From Tubiluchus corallicola (Eukaryota > Animalia > Priapulida): a stretch of DNA of 64,000 nucleotides. Made by a program: the position numbers and the translations under genes. Position 1 is the stretch's first letter; every line of letters starts with the position of its first letter. Below, in pieces: positions 1 to 12,900 of this stretch. The notes under the pieces were generated by a model. It was not told the DNA's origin. It did no database searches and worked only from the letters and a program-made list of their open reading frames with translations. The stretch covers positions 300,241 through 364,240 of the forward strand of contig JAQGDQ010000183.1 in assembly GCA_030141605.1 (NCBI GenBank), read 5' to 3'.

Positions 1-184
1 GAGCTTTTCCTATTAAAGGGAACTGCTATTCGAGTTGCTCATCCTTTAAGGAAATCCGTTTGTGAAATTGAAACGGACAAGTTCTGTTGTACAAATCTAC
101 AGATTTCATCACAGCAAATGTAAAAAAACACGTTAAAAAAAGTAACAAGAATTCCTAGAAACATCTTGAACTCAAGCACCAAAC

Positions 185-1696
185 CTGAAACTCGTTCTTA
201 AATTCTCCGTCTCTTCGTTTCCCAGTGACCACCTCTAAAAGTTTCGCAACCTCGATGGTAGTCTTGGTCGATGTTACGAACGCCACGTTTTCGTAAATGG
301 CCGCTCCATCTTCCTTCTCGTTGAGGTCTGCGCTTTCGGCAGTCGGAGACGATTCTGGCAACTGTCCATCCACCTGTATCCTATGTACACGACTTTTGTA
401 AGTTCAAAAGATCAACATCAGTGAGTAAAAAAGATACAAGGAGAAGATCAGGATCTGCCAGCGGGGTGATTAGTCTAGGGGTCAGTTGCATTTGACCCGT
501 CTTCTAAGAATAAGGGCGTCTTAACTACAGGAATGAGAATGACAAATTGCAAAAAACTCTGAAACAGGCCGGGGGTTTGGGGGCTGCGTAGGCCCCCACG
601 GGGGTTCAAGGGGCAAAGCAACAAATTGCAGTTTTGTGACCATAGAGAGCCCCTAAGTGGACTTAAAATATCAATTACCTTGTTTCATGCATAATTTAAA
701 ATACCCAACTATCAAAGATACATGATACCTAATTTTCTCAAAAACGCCTAAGTACTGGCCGCTCCTATGCAAAAGTATATAAAAACTGTCTGCAATTGAC
801 TCAAATAACTCCACACAATTGATTCTATATTTTAATACATAGAGATACACACGTGGTTACACTGATGTACGTGATGTAAACAAAGTGACGGCCTGCCAAC
901 TAGCGGTCAGCTTGCGAAATAATGTACTGGGTCCATAAAAATTTTCTCAACGAATTTAGGCGATTTACAAAAATGGCACTACTGGTCTTCCAAAAACTCA
1001 GAATTCCGCATATTCGCGGAAAATTCTCATCCCTGTAACTAGTGATGGGCAATTTTGAAATTTTCCTAATTAAATTACAATCTTGTTCTTGCAATTCTAT
1101 ATTACAATTAATCTTTCGCAGTAATTTTTTAGTGTTTTAGCCACATTTTTCAAACTTTGCAGGCCTGAAATCTATAAACTTCTTCATCACTGTCGGCCAT
1201 TTTCCTACTTACAAACTAATTTTTAGGGACACGCATCTTCATTAACTACTCTATTACTATGTCAACTACACACATCACATGAAAATGAATTTGAATTCCT
1301 CAGTTTGAAACACTGTGTTATTTTGATTTATATGTAATTATTAGTTTTGTTTTTGATGAGTTTAAATTTTCCATTTTGTTTGCTAATTTAAATTTTGTCT
1401 CTTCTCACAGCCAAATTTATTTACGGTTTCTAAATTTAAACTCATTTGAACTTGTTGCCTCATTTATTTTTATTTTATTTTTCTTTTGTTAAGTTGCTCA
1501 TTATTTTCATTTGTACACACCTTACTTGACAGGTCAGTTAATTTTCTTCAGTTTGGATAGGGGTGGTTGACTTGGTGACCCTTGGTCTTTTCGCCACCCC
1601 GTCTCTTTTCCGTCTTTATTTTAGTTTTTAGCTTTTGTTTATGTTTATTTTATAACATTCAGAGACAAATAAATTTTTTACTTACTTACTTACACA

Positions 1697-1730
<34 letters not shown>

Positions 1731-3920
1731 TACTTACTTACTGCGTGGTTTGCAATTGTGTGTGATGTACTGTGTAAGGTGAGAAAAACAAAAAAATGCA
1801 GTTTATATGTGCTAAAAACACTGCCTTTTAATCAGTGTGTGACGCGTATGTTTTGCTCCCGATTAACTGAATTACTGTTCAGTAGTCTATTATATTGATT
1901 CATACTTGGTTGTAATCTGGATTAATTTGATTAATCTATTAATCGTCCATCACTAAATATGGAGTCATTCCACTACATCAGGGGTGTGCAAATTATCTGA
2001 CTAGCCGGGCCACATTAAACATTCCCGCAATTCCTGTAGGCCACATACAGTTTGGTCAAGGAGCCAAGTACAGTAGGACCTAATAACCATTTTTTTTGCA
2101 TCCGATTTGCGTACATCATTGCTACTGCACTACTACATTCAAGAAACTATTTTAGAAGTTATTAAAATTTATATTAAAAACCAAATATTTCGTCATGTCC
2201 GACAGCGACATTAAGTGACAATGGTCTTGTAAGGGTTAATGCCATGCGATCTAGAGGAAAAAACTACCCGCACTATCTTTGCGATATTGGCGCAGACTTC
2301 AGCTGGAACGCGCGGGCCGCACTTTCATTACATTGACAAACCTCTTCGCGGGCAGCACAAGATCTCTCGGCGGGCCGCAAGTGGCCCGTGGGTCGCAGTT
2401 TGCACACCCCTGCACTACATCAATACCTCAACCCTGCAGTGGAAGTCGATGGCATATCATGAGCAACAATATCCGGTAGATACGCATCCAGACCGCGAGG
2501 CTGATTCCGATCTTCCCTCAGCAGAGAAGCCAGTGACTGATTCAGCTTCTTCCACTTAAAGAAACCACCAGATTTCGATGAACCGGTGTCTAAAACACGT
2601 CAAAAATGAAATATTATAATCGGTTTAGGTTAACGAAGAACAGCCTAATTGTGACTCAGCTGAAAAAGAAGAAAAAGAAAAAAGAAGACGTCTAAAAACT
2701 GTATTTAAGACTCGCAACATCTGCAATTCATTCTTGAAAGACTTACAATTTTTGAATGCCTTTTTTCTTTAATTCATTAACCACTGCTGATTTTTGATTA
2801 AACACAACCAGTCAAGATCATTAATTCTGGTTTATCACAGTTAATATATATATATATTGTTGGTTTAACACCAGCTATTTTAATTAAATAACCAATTTAA
2901 ATTGAAATTTATCGCAGAATTGCAAGTACCAGACACATTCAAAGTTCTAGAAACGTGAATATTTAAAAATTTTTTAAATTTACAAATTCTAGCAGTAAGC
3001 TGCACAGTTTACGTATCTGTAAATGGTTGAATGTCTCGCCGAAACACGTGCACCAGGATGAATGGCACGCTACTATGTTACCTTCCAAAAGTTCCAAATA
3101 TGCACACATATATATATATTTTTCCACTGAAGAAGTTGGTTAAAATTACCCATACCACTTTCAGAAAAATCACATATATAGCTACCACTGCATTAAAATC
3201 AAGTAACGAGTCGCTGCCTCTGCACAATGGCTCAGCAAGCGCATCTGCTTTCTCATAAAATAGTACTTAATCTACTGTAACTGATTATGGAATTAGCTTT
3301 TCATCCGACTAGCCAATTATGACAATGGAACCGACGTCCTGCCACAAGATGACGTTGGGCATTGCGTAGCACCTGCTTGGTAAAATTTTGATGTTTTAGT
3401 TTTTTTTTAGTTTATTATCATCACATTCAGTACAATGTAATGACATTAAGCACACAGTGACATCAAAATTATTACAGTAATAAATTATTATGTTTCATAT
3501 CATAATCGTTATCGTTATCGTTATCATAAAGGAATAATTGTACTGCAGTGGGCTAGAGAAGCAAAGGCTTGTATAAGCCCACTGTCGTGTGAATCCGATA
3601 AAAAAAGAATGGATGAGTGAACAAAAAAAGAACTGGGAGAAAGGTTAGATCACACAGGAAGGACAGAAGGATGTGTTAGCGAAAATGGTAGGAAGAAAGA
3701 TAATAGATTGCGCTATGTTGACATCAATGATGCTTTGTTTTGCATAATCTGTACCAGGATTGTGGTATGACTGCTGCAGTAGGTGTGGGAAATTAGGAAG
3801 TGTTGTACTTGTTGAGAATCATTGCTCTGTATTTCTCAATAAAGATAATATTGATGTTAATAACTGGTCATACCCGAATCATTCTTGTTTGCAGATTCTC
3901 CAGATTTATTGCTCTTATGC
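185..3920 (-). CDS. Receptor cytoplasmic exons (3920-3874, 2589-2427, 380-185)
   Basis: Phases run 2-1, 1-2, 2-0. The last exon ends ...AIYENVAF...IEVAKLLEVVTGKRRDGEFKNEFQ, like the helical segment preceding the D1 domain of receptor PTPs. Confidence 0.72.
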
Positions 3921-6900
3921 CTTGAAAAAAGTAAATTAAAAACGAATGTAGTAAACAAATCAGAACTGAGCGTGACTAGCAGCTAACACTTCTACTTTCA
4001 ATACGGTACACTACTGATCAACAGTGTTTATTTACCAACACATTTACTGCAATTCAGTTTGTGCTTAGCTCAATTATTTACACAATCTCCGACAGTTATC
4101 TTCATCTGCAATCCCGGAGAAAACGATCGGGACGCACGACGCTACTTGTAACGCATCAGAATTTTCCAGGAAACGATACCGTTTTTGAGTTGTCACGAAA
4201 CTTTTCACTTTTCTAGAGCACAGATTGCATTTTTGAGCTAGGCTAAGTAAATTACATGTACAGTCGACCCTCGTTAAACCGGACCCCGTTAGCCCGGATA
4301 TCGGGATAAGACGGACGTCATCCGTGGTAAAGGAAACTGACCGATTTCCGTCCGAGCTGGAGCGCTAAACACAACACGGCCTACCAACTGTACAATAATT
4401 TCTTTATCCTCACAGGTTAACTATTTTAAAGTAATATACAGTATAGTATATAGTGCAGTGTATATAGGCCTTATTAAGGTGGTTATTCCTGTATAATATA
4501 GACCATATATAGGCATATCAGATAAATCGGACAATCGGCTAAACCGGTCCACCCACCGCCACAATTAGTCCGGTTTAATGAGGGTTGACTGTATTTTGAT
4601 TAAATGGACCATAATTTTTCATTCGAGTTAGGCGATATTTCGAGTTATACATTTTGCGTTAACCGATTATTTTGTGGGAAAAACCAAGAATTTCTTCCGT
4701 TCCGCCGAAATTCTTTGAGTTAGACGATTTTGAGTTATGTGGAGTTCACTGTAGTCAGGTCTTATCTGATAATTTTAACTCTACTCTTTGATATATTTTG
4801 TGTCTGAATATTATACTATCAAATGTAACAATTATTCATTTTTGGCTTGATTTGTAGCATTGAAAAAGACTGCTAAGTCGAAACGATTGTCTGTACTTGA
4901 TAAACATGTTTTTTATATAGTTACTAATGAGTTAAACAATCACCTCTTGCAAAGGAAAACCAGGACGACAGCGATTATTATCAGCAGTGCAACGATCACT
5001 CCGACGATGGCGCCAATAATCAAAGCCGTGTCTGAAACATGAATGAAACGACTGAGACACTTTATTCAGAAAAACTTTTTTGTAAAACCACAAACCTGAA
5101 ACTAGATAAAAAATATTGGATGATTTTTTACCAGGGATGAGAATGACAAATTGCAAAAAACTCTGAAACAGGCCGGGAGTTTGGGGGCCGCGTAGACCCC
5201 ATGGGGGTTCAAGGAGGCGAAGCCAGCAACAAACTGCAATTTTGTGACCATAGAGAGCCTCTAAGTGGACTAAAAATATCAATTACCTTGTTTCATGCAT
5301 AATTTAAAATACCCAACTATCAAGGATACATGACACCTAATTGTCTCAAAAAAGTCTAAGTACTGGCAGCTCCTATGCAAAAGTATATAAAAATTGTCTG
5401 CAATTGACTCAAATAACTCCGCACAATAGATTCTATATTTTTATACATAGAGATATACACGTGGTTACACTGATGCACGTGATGTAAACAAAATGACGGC
5501 CTGCCAACTAGCGGTCAGCTTGTGAAATAATGTACCGGTTCCGTAAAAATTTTCTCAACGAATTACGAGATTTACAAAAATGGCACTACTGGTCTTCCAA
5601 AAACTCGGAATCCCGCGTATCCGCGGAAAATTCTCATCCCTGTTTTTTACACGACAGATTTGCTAGATAATAAAGTCTAAAGCAAAATACAAATTAATTA
5701 AGTGAAGGGACCTCTAAGCGCAGTACATCCTCACTTAACGACCGTTAGGGATGAGCATCGAACGCTCAAATTCGATTCGAACGAGTTTTTTTAGTTCGAA
5801 CTCGATTCGAATCCAAAACTATAGATTCGAATAATTCAGCACTTCAATCACACATGTTCTTTATCACTAAAACGATTGAACATCATGCAATTATCATAAT
5901 TTAGCTGTGATTTCTGCACACAATTTTAAACAAATTACTAGTCATTTTATTGCAGAACAAAATCTAGTGATACACATGATCTTTGTAAGTCTAATTTTTA
6001 CTGGTGGCTCGAAAACTTGTTCAAAAATCTTTCAATCTCAATTCGAATTCGGTTCGAATTCGAAACACTGAAGTTCGGATCGATTCGAATTCGAAAGTCG
6101 CAAATTCGGTTCGATTCGAATTCGCTTTCTGGTAGAGAATGCTCACCCCTAACGACCGTCATGAATTCCAACAAAATACGATGTTAAGTGAAACGTTGTC
6201 AAACGAACGCACGACTTCCATAGAAAGTAAAGTAAAATAACTGAGATACGTTCTAGAGACAAAAATCAAAAATCAATATGTTTTATTTATATTTCTGCTG
6301 ATTAATCTTTTCCTTGCATGCTTGAAACCACCTATAATTCTTATCAGTACCCTAGCAAGCGGTTTCTCATTCGCTAACATTGAACCATATGAAGCTAGCA
6401 TAGTTTACTCTGTAACAGGCTACAAAGCCAAGCCCTGGCGTGGCCTTGAGACAATTTCGTCTGGATACTGGTTGCTTTAGCAACAGCCTGCAGGCAAAAT
6501 TCCTTCGTAGGAAGTTCTGCAAACAGATCTGCTTGATATAAATGATGCAATTAGCAGTTAATGGGAAAGTAAAAACAAAAATAATATTATATTGGTTCTC
6601 GTTACTAGTGCATTTTTGAAACAGAATAACACTATGTGAATTGTTTTAATGATTCAAATTAGGTAAACATGTCGTTGACAAGTAAAAAAATGTCGTTAAA
6701 ATAACACAAGCATGGTCAAGAGAGAAAAAGGTGCTAAATGTTTAGTATCATTAAACAAACCGTTGCTAAAGTGGATGTCATTACGCGAGGACTCAGTGTA
6801 TCAAAATTAAAACAATAACTCTCATTGAGGTAACCTCGGGCTGTTGAAACACAAAATTAAATATTTCAGATACTCGGTCTTACTGTCAGTTTCAAACTCT

Positions 6901-9900
6901 ACCACCACCTCTTCAGATTTTGGTCCTTCTCCTTTTTCGTTTACCGCCCAAACTTGAAATCTGTAGCCTTCCTCGGCTGCCATGTTGTCTTTTTCCTCCT
7001 CGAAAGTTACGGACGTCTCCGAAATTTGAGCGGCAGCGACTACGGCTTGCTCGTCGTTCAACAACTCATACTTGTAAGCCGTTATACGTCCGTTTCTCTT
7101 ACAGCACTCGGGTGCAAGCCAGCTAATTGTAATCGACGACTCGGTGGCTTCAGAATTGAGACCGGACGGTGGTCCAGTAGGAGCTACAAAAAATGGCAGA
7201 AGCCGTCACTAGAGACAAGACAGCAGCGAAAAATAAAATCGGTTGAAGTGTTTGTTCAGCTAACATTTATTTTGATTTATAAACCCAAAATTACATTTTA
7301 TTTGTATGCAACTAGTTTATTTAATATCAAAAGCAATTACTGACATTTTTAGATTTCAATTAAATTAATCAACTTTAAAAAGTTAATTAATACAAAACAT
7401 TTTTATCCAGCCGAAATTTTAATACTTGGAATATAAATGAACAACCCACCCCCATAACTTTTGGCACTTTATCTTTAATATGAACATATATTCAGTTTGC
7501 ACCAGGGATGAGAATGACAAATTGCAAAAAAACTCTGAAACAGGCAGGGGGTTTCGGGTCACCTAGACCCCCAATGGGGTTGAGGGGCAAAGCCCCCTTG
7601 GAGCCAGCAACAAATTGCAATTTTGTGACAATAGAGAGCCTCTAAGTGGACTTAAAATATCAATTACCTTGCTTCATGCATAATTTAAAATATCCAACTA
7701 TCAAGGATACATGATACCTAATTGTCCCAAAAACGCCTAAGTACTGGCTGCTCCTATGCAAAAGTATATAAAAACTGTCTGCAATTGACTCAAATAACTC
7801 CGCACAATTGATTCTATATTTTTATACATAGAGATATACATGTGGTTACACTGATGTACGTGATGTAAAACAAAGTGACGGCCTGCCAACTAGCAGTCAG
7901 CTTGTGAAATAATGTACAGGGTCTGTAAAAAATTTCCTCAACGAATTTACACGATTTACAAAAATGGCACTACCGGTCTTCCGAAAACTCGGAATTCCGC
8001 GTATCCGAGGAAAATTCTCATCCCTGGTTTGCACATAGATATTAATTTTTCAATTTAGCCTTAATTAGGCCTGCCAGAAAAGACATTTCACATGCAAGTA
8101 AAGTCACATATTGCTCTTTCACTGCTTTGAATGATTAATAAGTGTAGCTATAGGCATGTCGATCAGTAGGACATATAATCAGTATAGTTTATTTATTAAT
8201 AACTTGTGTATCAGTTTCTAAAATGAGAAAATTATGAATACACATCAGCTGAACTTCAAGCAGGAATTTAGTAGCACACTGCAAGTAGTTACTGTTGTGT
8301 TTGTACCTGGTCTAATTAACATAATTATGTTCTAGCTAAAACAAAAATTAAAAGTTTTGTTAAACTGGTAACGTCAAAATCGCTTTACCATGGTAATTGT
8401 TGTCAGAGGCGAGTATGAAAAGTTCGAGTTCAATTCGAACACGTTTGTTTATTTTGAATTCGAATCGAACCTAAAACTATAGATTCGAATAATTCACCAC
8501 CTTCACGAGTACTATACTGTAAATAATCATTCTTTAGACAACACCTAAACAATCCGGTGTTGATACTGTTACAACTTCACAACAATGGCGACCGACAACC
8601 TGAAAAATGTACTCACCCTTCACCTCCGTTTCCACATCAATAGAGGTCCTCTTCCCCTCAACAGACTCCGACGAAGACATTCCCCAAACTTCGGCTCTGT
8701 ATTGTGAAGCACCACATAGTTCTCGTAGTACATACTCGGTTACGTTTGCACCAGTCTCTGCAACGAGCATCTGTAGATCATCGTCTTGACAGTCGGCAGC
8801 AGACGTTTGACGTAACGATACCCGATACCCTGTCACGTTGAGACCAGAGTCAGCGGGATGATTCCAAGTAAGCCTCTGATTCCCATCACCATCATCTTTT
8901 GTAACATCTAAATTTCTCACTGGCTTTATACCTTTTGAAGAAAACAGGCTCATGTCAGAATCCGTCTGTTGACTTTTATGCAAAGTACAATGTCTGCACT
9001 ACAATGATGACAGAAGCTGTCTGACAACGGTCAGAATCTGACCAAGATACAATGTCCACACTCCATACATGACACAAGCTGTTTGACAATGGTCAGAATC
9101 TGACCAAGATACAATGTCCACACTCCATACATGACACAAGCTGTTTGACAACGGTCAAAATTTGACCAAGATACAATGTCCACACTCCATACATGACACA
9201 AGCTGTTTGACAATGGTCAGAATCTGACCGAGATACAACATCCACACTCCATACATGACACAAGCTGTTTGACAATGGTCAGAATCTGACCAAGATACAA
9301 TGTCCACACTCCATACATGACAGAAGCTGTTATACAATGGTCAGAATCTGACCAAGATACAATGTCCACACTCCATACATGACACAAGCTGTTTGACAAT
9401 GGTCAGAATCTGACCAAGATACAACGTCCACACTCCATACATAACAGAAGCTGTTATACAACGGTCAAAATTTGACCGAGATACAACATCCACACTCCAT
9501 ACATGACACAAGCTGTTTGACAATGGTCAGAATCTGACCAAGATACAATGTCCACACTCCATACATGACAGAAGCTGTTATACAATGGTCAGAATCTGAC
9601 CAAGATACAATGTCCACACTCGATACATGACACAAGCTGTTTGACAATGGTCAGAATCTGACCAAGATACAACGTCCACACTCCATACATAACAGAAGCT
9701 GTTATACAACGGTCAAAATTTGACCGAGATACAACATCCACACTCCATACATGACACAAGCTGTTTGACAATGGTCAGAATCTGACCAAGATACAATGTC
9801 CACACTCCATACATGACAGAAGCTGTTATACAATGGTCAGAATCTGACCAAGATACAATGTCCACACTCCATACATGACACAAGCTGTTTGACAATGGTC

Positions 9901-12900
9901 AGAATCTGACCAAGATACAATGTCCACACTCCATACATGACAGAAGCTGTTATACAACGGTCAAAATTTGACCAAGATACAATGTCCACACTCCATACAT
10001 GACACAAGCTGTTTGACAATGGTCAGAATCTGACCGAGATACAATGTCCACACTCCATACATGACAGAAGCTGTTATACAACGGTCAAAATTTGACCAAG
10101 ATACAATGTCCACACTCCATACATGACACAAGCTGTTTGACAATGGTCAGAATCTGACCGAGATACAATATCCACACTTCATACATGACACAAGCTTTCA
10201 TACAATGGTCAGAATCTGACCAAGATACAATGTCCACACTCCATACATGACACAAGCTGTTTGACAATGGTCAGAATCTGACCAAGATACAATGTCCACA
10301 CTCCATACATGACAGAAGCTGTTATACAACAGCCAGAATCTGACCGAGATACAATATCCACACTCCATACATGACAGAAGCTGTTTGACAACGGTCAGAA
10401 TCTGACCGAGATACAATGTCCACACTCCGTACATGATAGAAGCTGTTTGACAACTGTCAGAATCTGACTGAGATACAATATCCACACTCCATACATGACA
10501 GAAGCTGTTTGACAACGGTCAGAATCTGACCGAGATACAATGTCCACACTCCATACATGACAGAAGCTGTTATACAATGGTCAAAATCTGACCAAGATAC
10601 AATGTCCACACTCCATAGCTGACACAAGCTGTTATACAACGGTCAAAATCTGACCAAGATACAATGTCCACACTCCATACATGACAGAAGCTGTTTGACA
10701 ACGGTCAGAATCTGACCGAGATACAATATCCACATTCCATACATGACAGAAGCTGTTTGACAACGGTCAAAATCTGACCGAGATACAACATCCACACTCC
10801 ATACATGACACAAGCTGTTATACAATGGTCAGAATCTGACCAAGATACAATGTCCACACTCCATACATGACAGAAGCTGTTATACAACGGTCAAAATCTG
10901 ACCAAGATACAATGTCCACACTCCATACATGACAGAAGCTGTTTGATAACGGTCAGAATCTGACCAAGATACAATGTCCACACTCCACACATGGCAGAAG
11001 CTGTCTGACAATGGTCAGAATCTGACCAAAATGCAACATCCATAGACGTCAGAATCTGACCGGAGAGGACATTGGATTTTGCTTGCCGACCAACATAAAG
11101 TCCGGACTATAGATGAGCACGGTTTGCCAAAGTCGTTACATTGAATAAATACACGTTTACAAGTATAAACAACAAACTGGCCATAAAATACAATATGAAA
11201 ACCAAAACACACCTGTAACCACTGGGAAATAATAATGCAACAGACTGTTTCTGTAGCAGTAAGCATTGAGCACGTGAAACCGGGCACTTAACTGCATTAA
11301 CAGAAAAGTGAACACTTAGAACTCTCCTACCTTAAATGTAAGAAAAGTTGTGCACATTTAGAACTCTCCTATCTGAAAGGTAAGAAAAGTTGTGCACACT
11401 TAGAACTCTCCTATCTTAAATGTAAGAAAAGTTGTGCACATTTAGAACTCTCCTATCTGAAAGGTAAGAAAAGTTGTGCACACTTAGAACTCTCCTATCT
11501 TAAAGGTAAGAAAAGTTGTGCACACTTAGAACTCTCCTATCTTAAATGTAAGAAAAGTTGTGCACATTTAGAACTCTCCTATCTGAAAGGTAAGAAAAGT
11601 TGTGTACACTTAGAACTCTCCTATCTTAAATGTAAGAAAAGTTGTGTACACTTAGAACTCTCCTATCTGAAAGGTAAGAAAAGTTGTGTACACTTAGAAC
11701 TCTCCTATCTTAAATGTAAGAAAAGTTGTGTACACTTAGAACTCTGCTATCTGAAAGGTAAGAAAAGTTGTGCACACTTGGAACTCTCCTATCTGAAAGG
11801 TAAGAAAAGTTGGGTACACTTGGAACTCTCTTATCTGAAAGGTAAGAAAAGTTGTGTACACTTGGAACTCTCCTATCTGAAAGGTAAGAAAAGCTGTGTA
11901 CACTTAGAACTCTCCTATCTGAAAGGTAAGAAAAGTTGTGCACACTTAGAACTCTCCTATCTGAAAGGTAAGAAAAGTTGTGCACACTTAGAACTCTCCT
12001 ATCTTAAATGTAAGAAAAGTTGTGCACACTTAGAACTCTGCTATCTGAAAGGTAAGAAAAGTTGTGCACACTTAGAACTCTCCTATCTGAAAGGTAAGAA
12101 AAGCTGTGTACACTTGGAACTCTCCTATCTGAAAGGTAAGAAAAGTTGTGTACACTTGGAACTCTCCTATCTGAAAGGTAAGAAAAGCTGTGCACACTTA
12201 GAACTCTCCTATCTGAAAGGTAAGAAAAGCTGTGTACACTTGGAACTCTCCTATCTGAAAGGTAAGAAAAGTTGTGTACACTTAGAACTCTCCTATCTGA
12301 AAGGTAAGAAAAGTTGTGCACACTTAGAACTCTCCTATCTGAAAGGTAAGAAAAGTTGTGTACACTTAGAACTCTCCTATCTGAAGTGTAAGAAAAGTTG
12401 TGCACACTTAGAACTCTGCTATCTGAAAGGTAAGAAAAGTTGTGTACACTTAGAACTCTCCTATCTGAAAGGTAAGAAAAGTTGTGAACACTTAGAACTC
12501 TCCTATCTGAAAGGTAAGAAAAGTTGTGCACACTTAAAACTCTCCTATCTTAAATGTAAGAAAAGTTGTGTACACTTAGAACTCTGCTATCTGAAAGGTA
12601 AGAAAAGTTGTGCACACTTAGAACTCTCCTATCTGAAAGGTAAGAAAAGCTGTGTACACTTAGAACTCTCCTATCTGAAAGGTAAGAAAAGTTGTGCACA
12701 TTTAGAACTCTCCTATCTGAAAGGTAAGAAAAGTTGTGCACACTTAGAACTCTCCTATCTTAAATGTAAGAAAAGTTGTGCACACTTAGAACTCTCCTAT
12801 CTTAAATGTAAGAAAAGTTGTGTACACTTAGAACTCTCCTATCTTAAATGTAAGAAAAGTTGTGTACACTTAGAACTCTCCTATCTTAAATGTAAGAAAA

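Noticed and set aside
6409-6516. Possible extra phase 1-1 exon between FN3-4 and the TM exon
   Set aside because: It lies inside a Tigger-like MITE, the peptide has no recognisable features, and the gene splices in frame without it.
9031-10887. Series of 60-aa Cys-rich ORFs
   Set aside because: They are translations of the 62-bp satellite shifting frame each unit, and they lie inside an intron.
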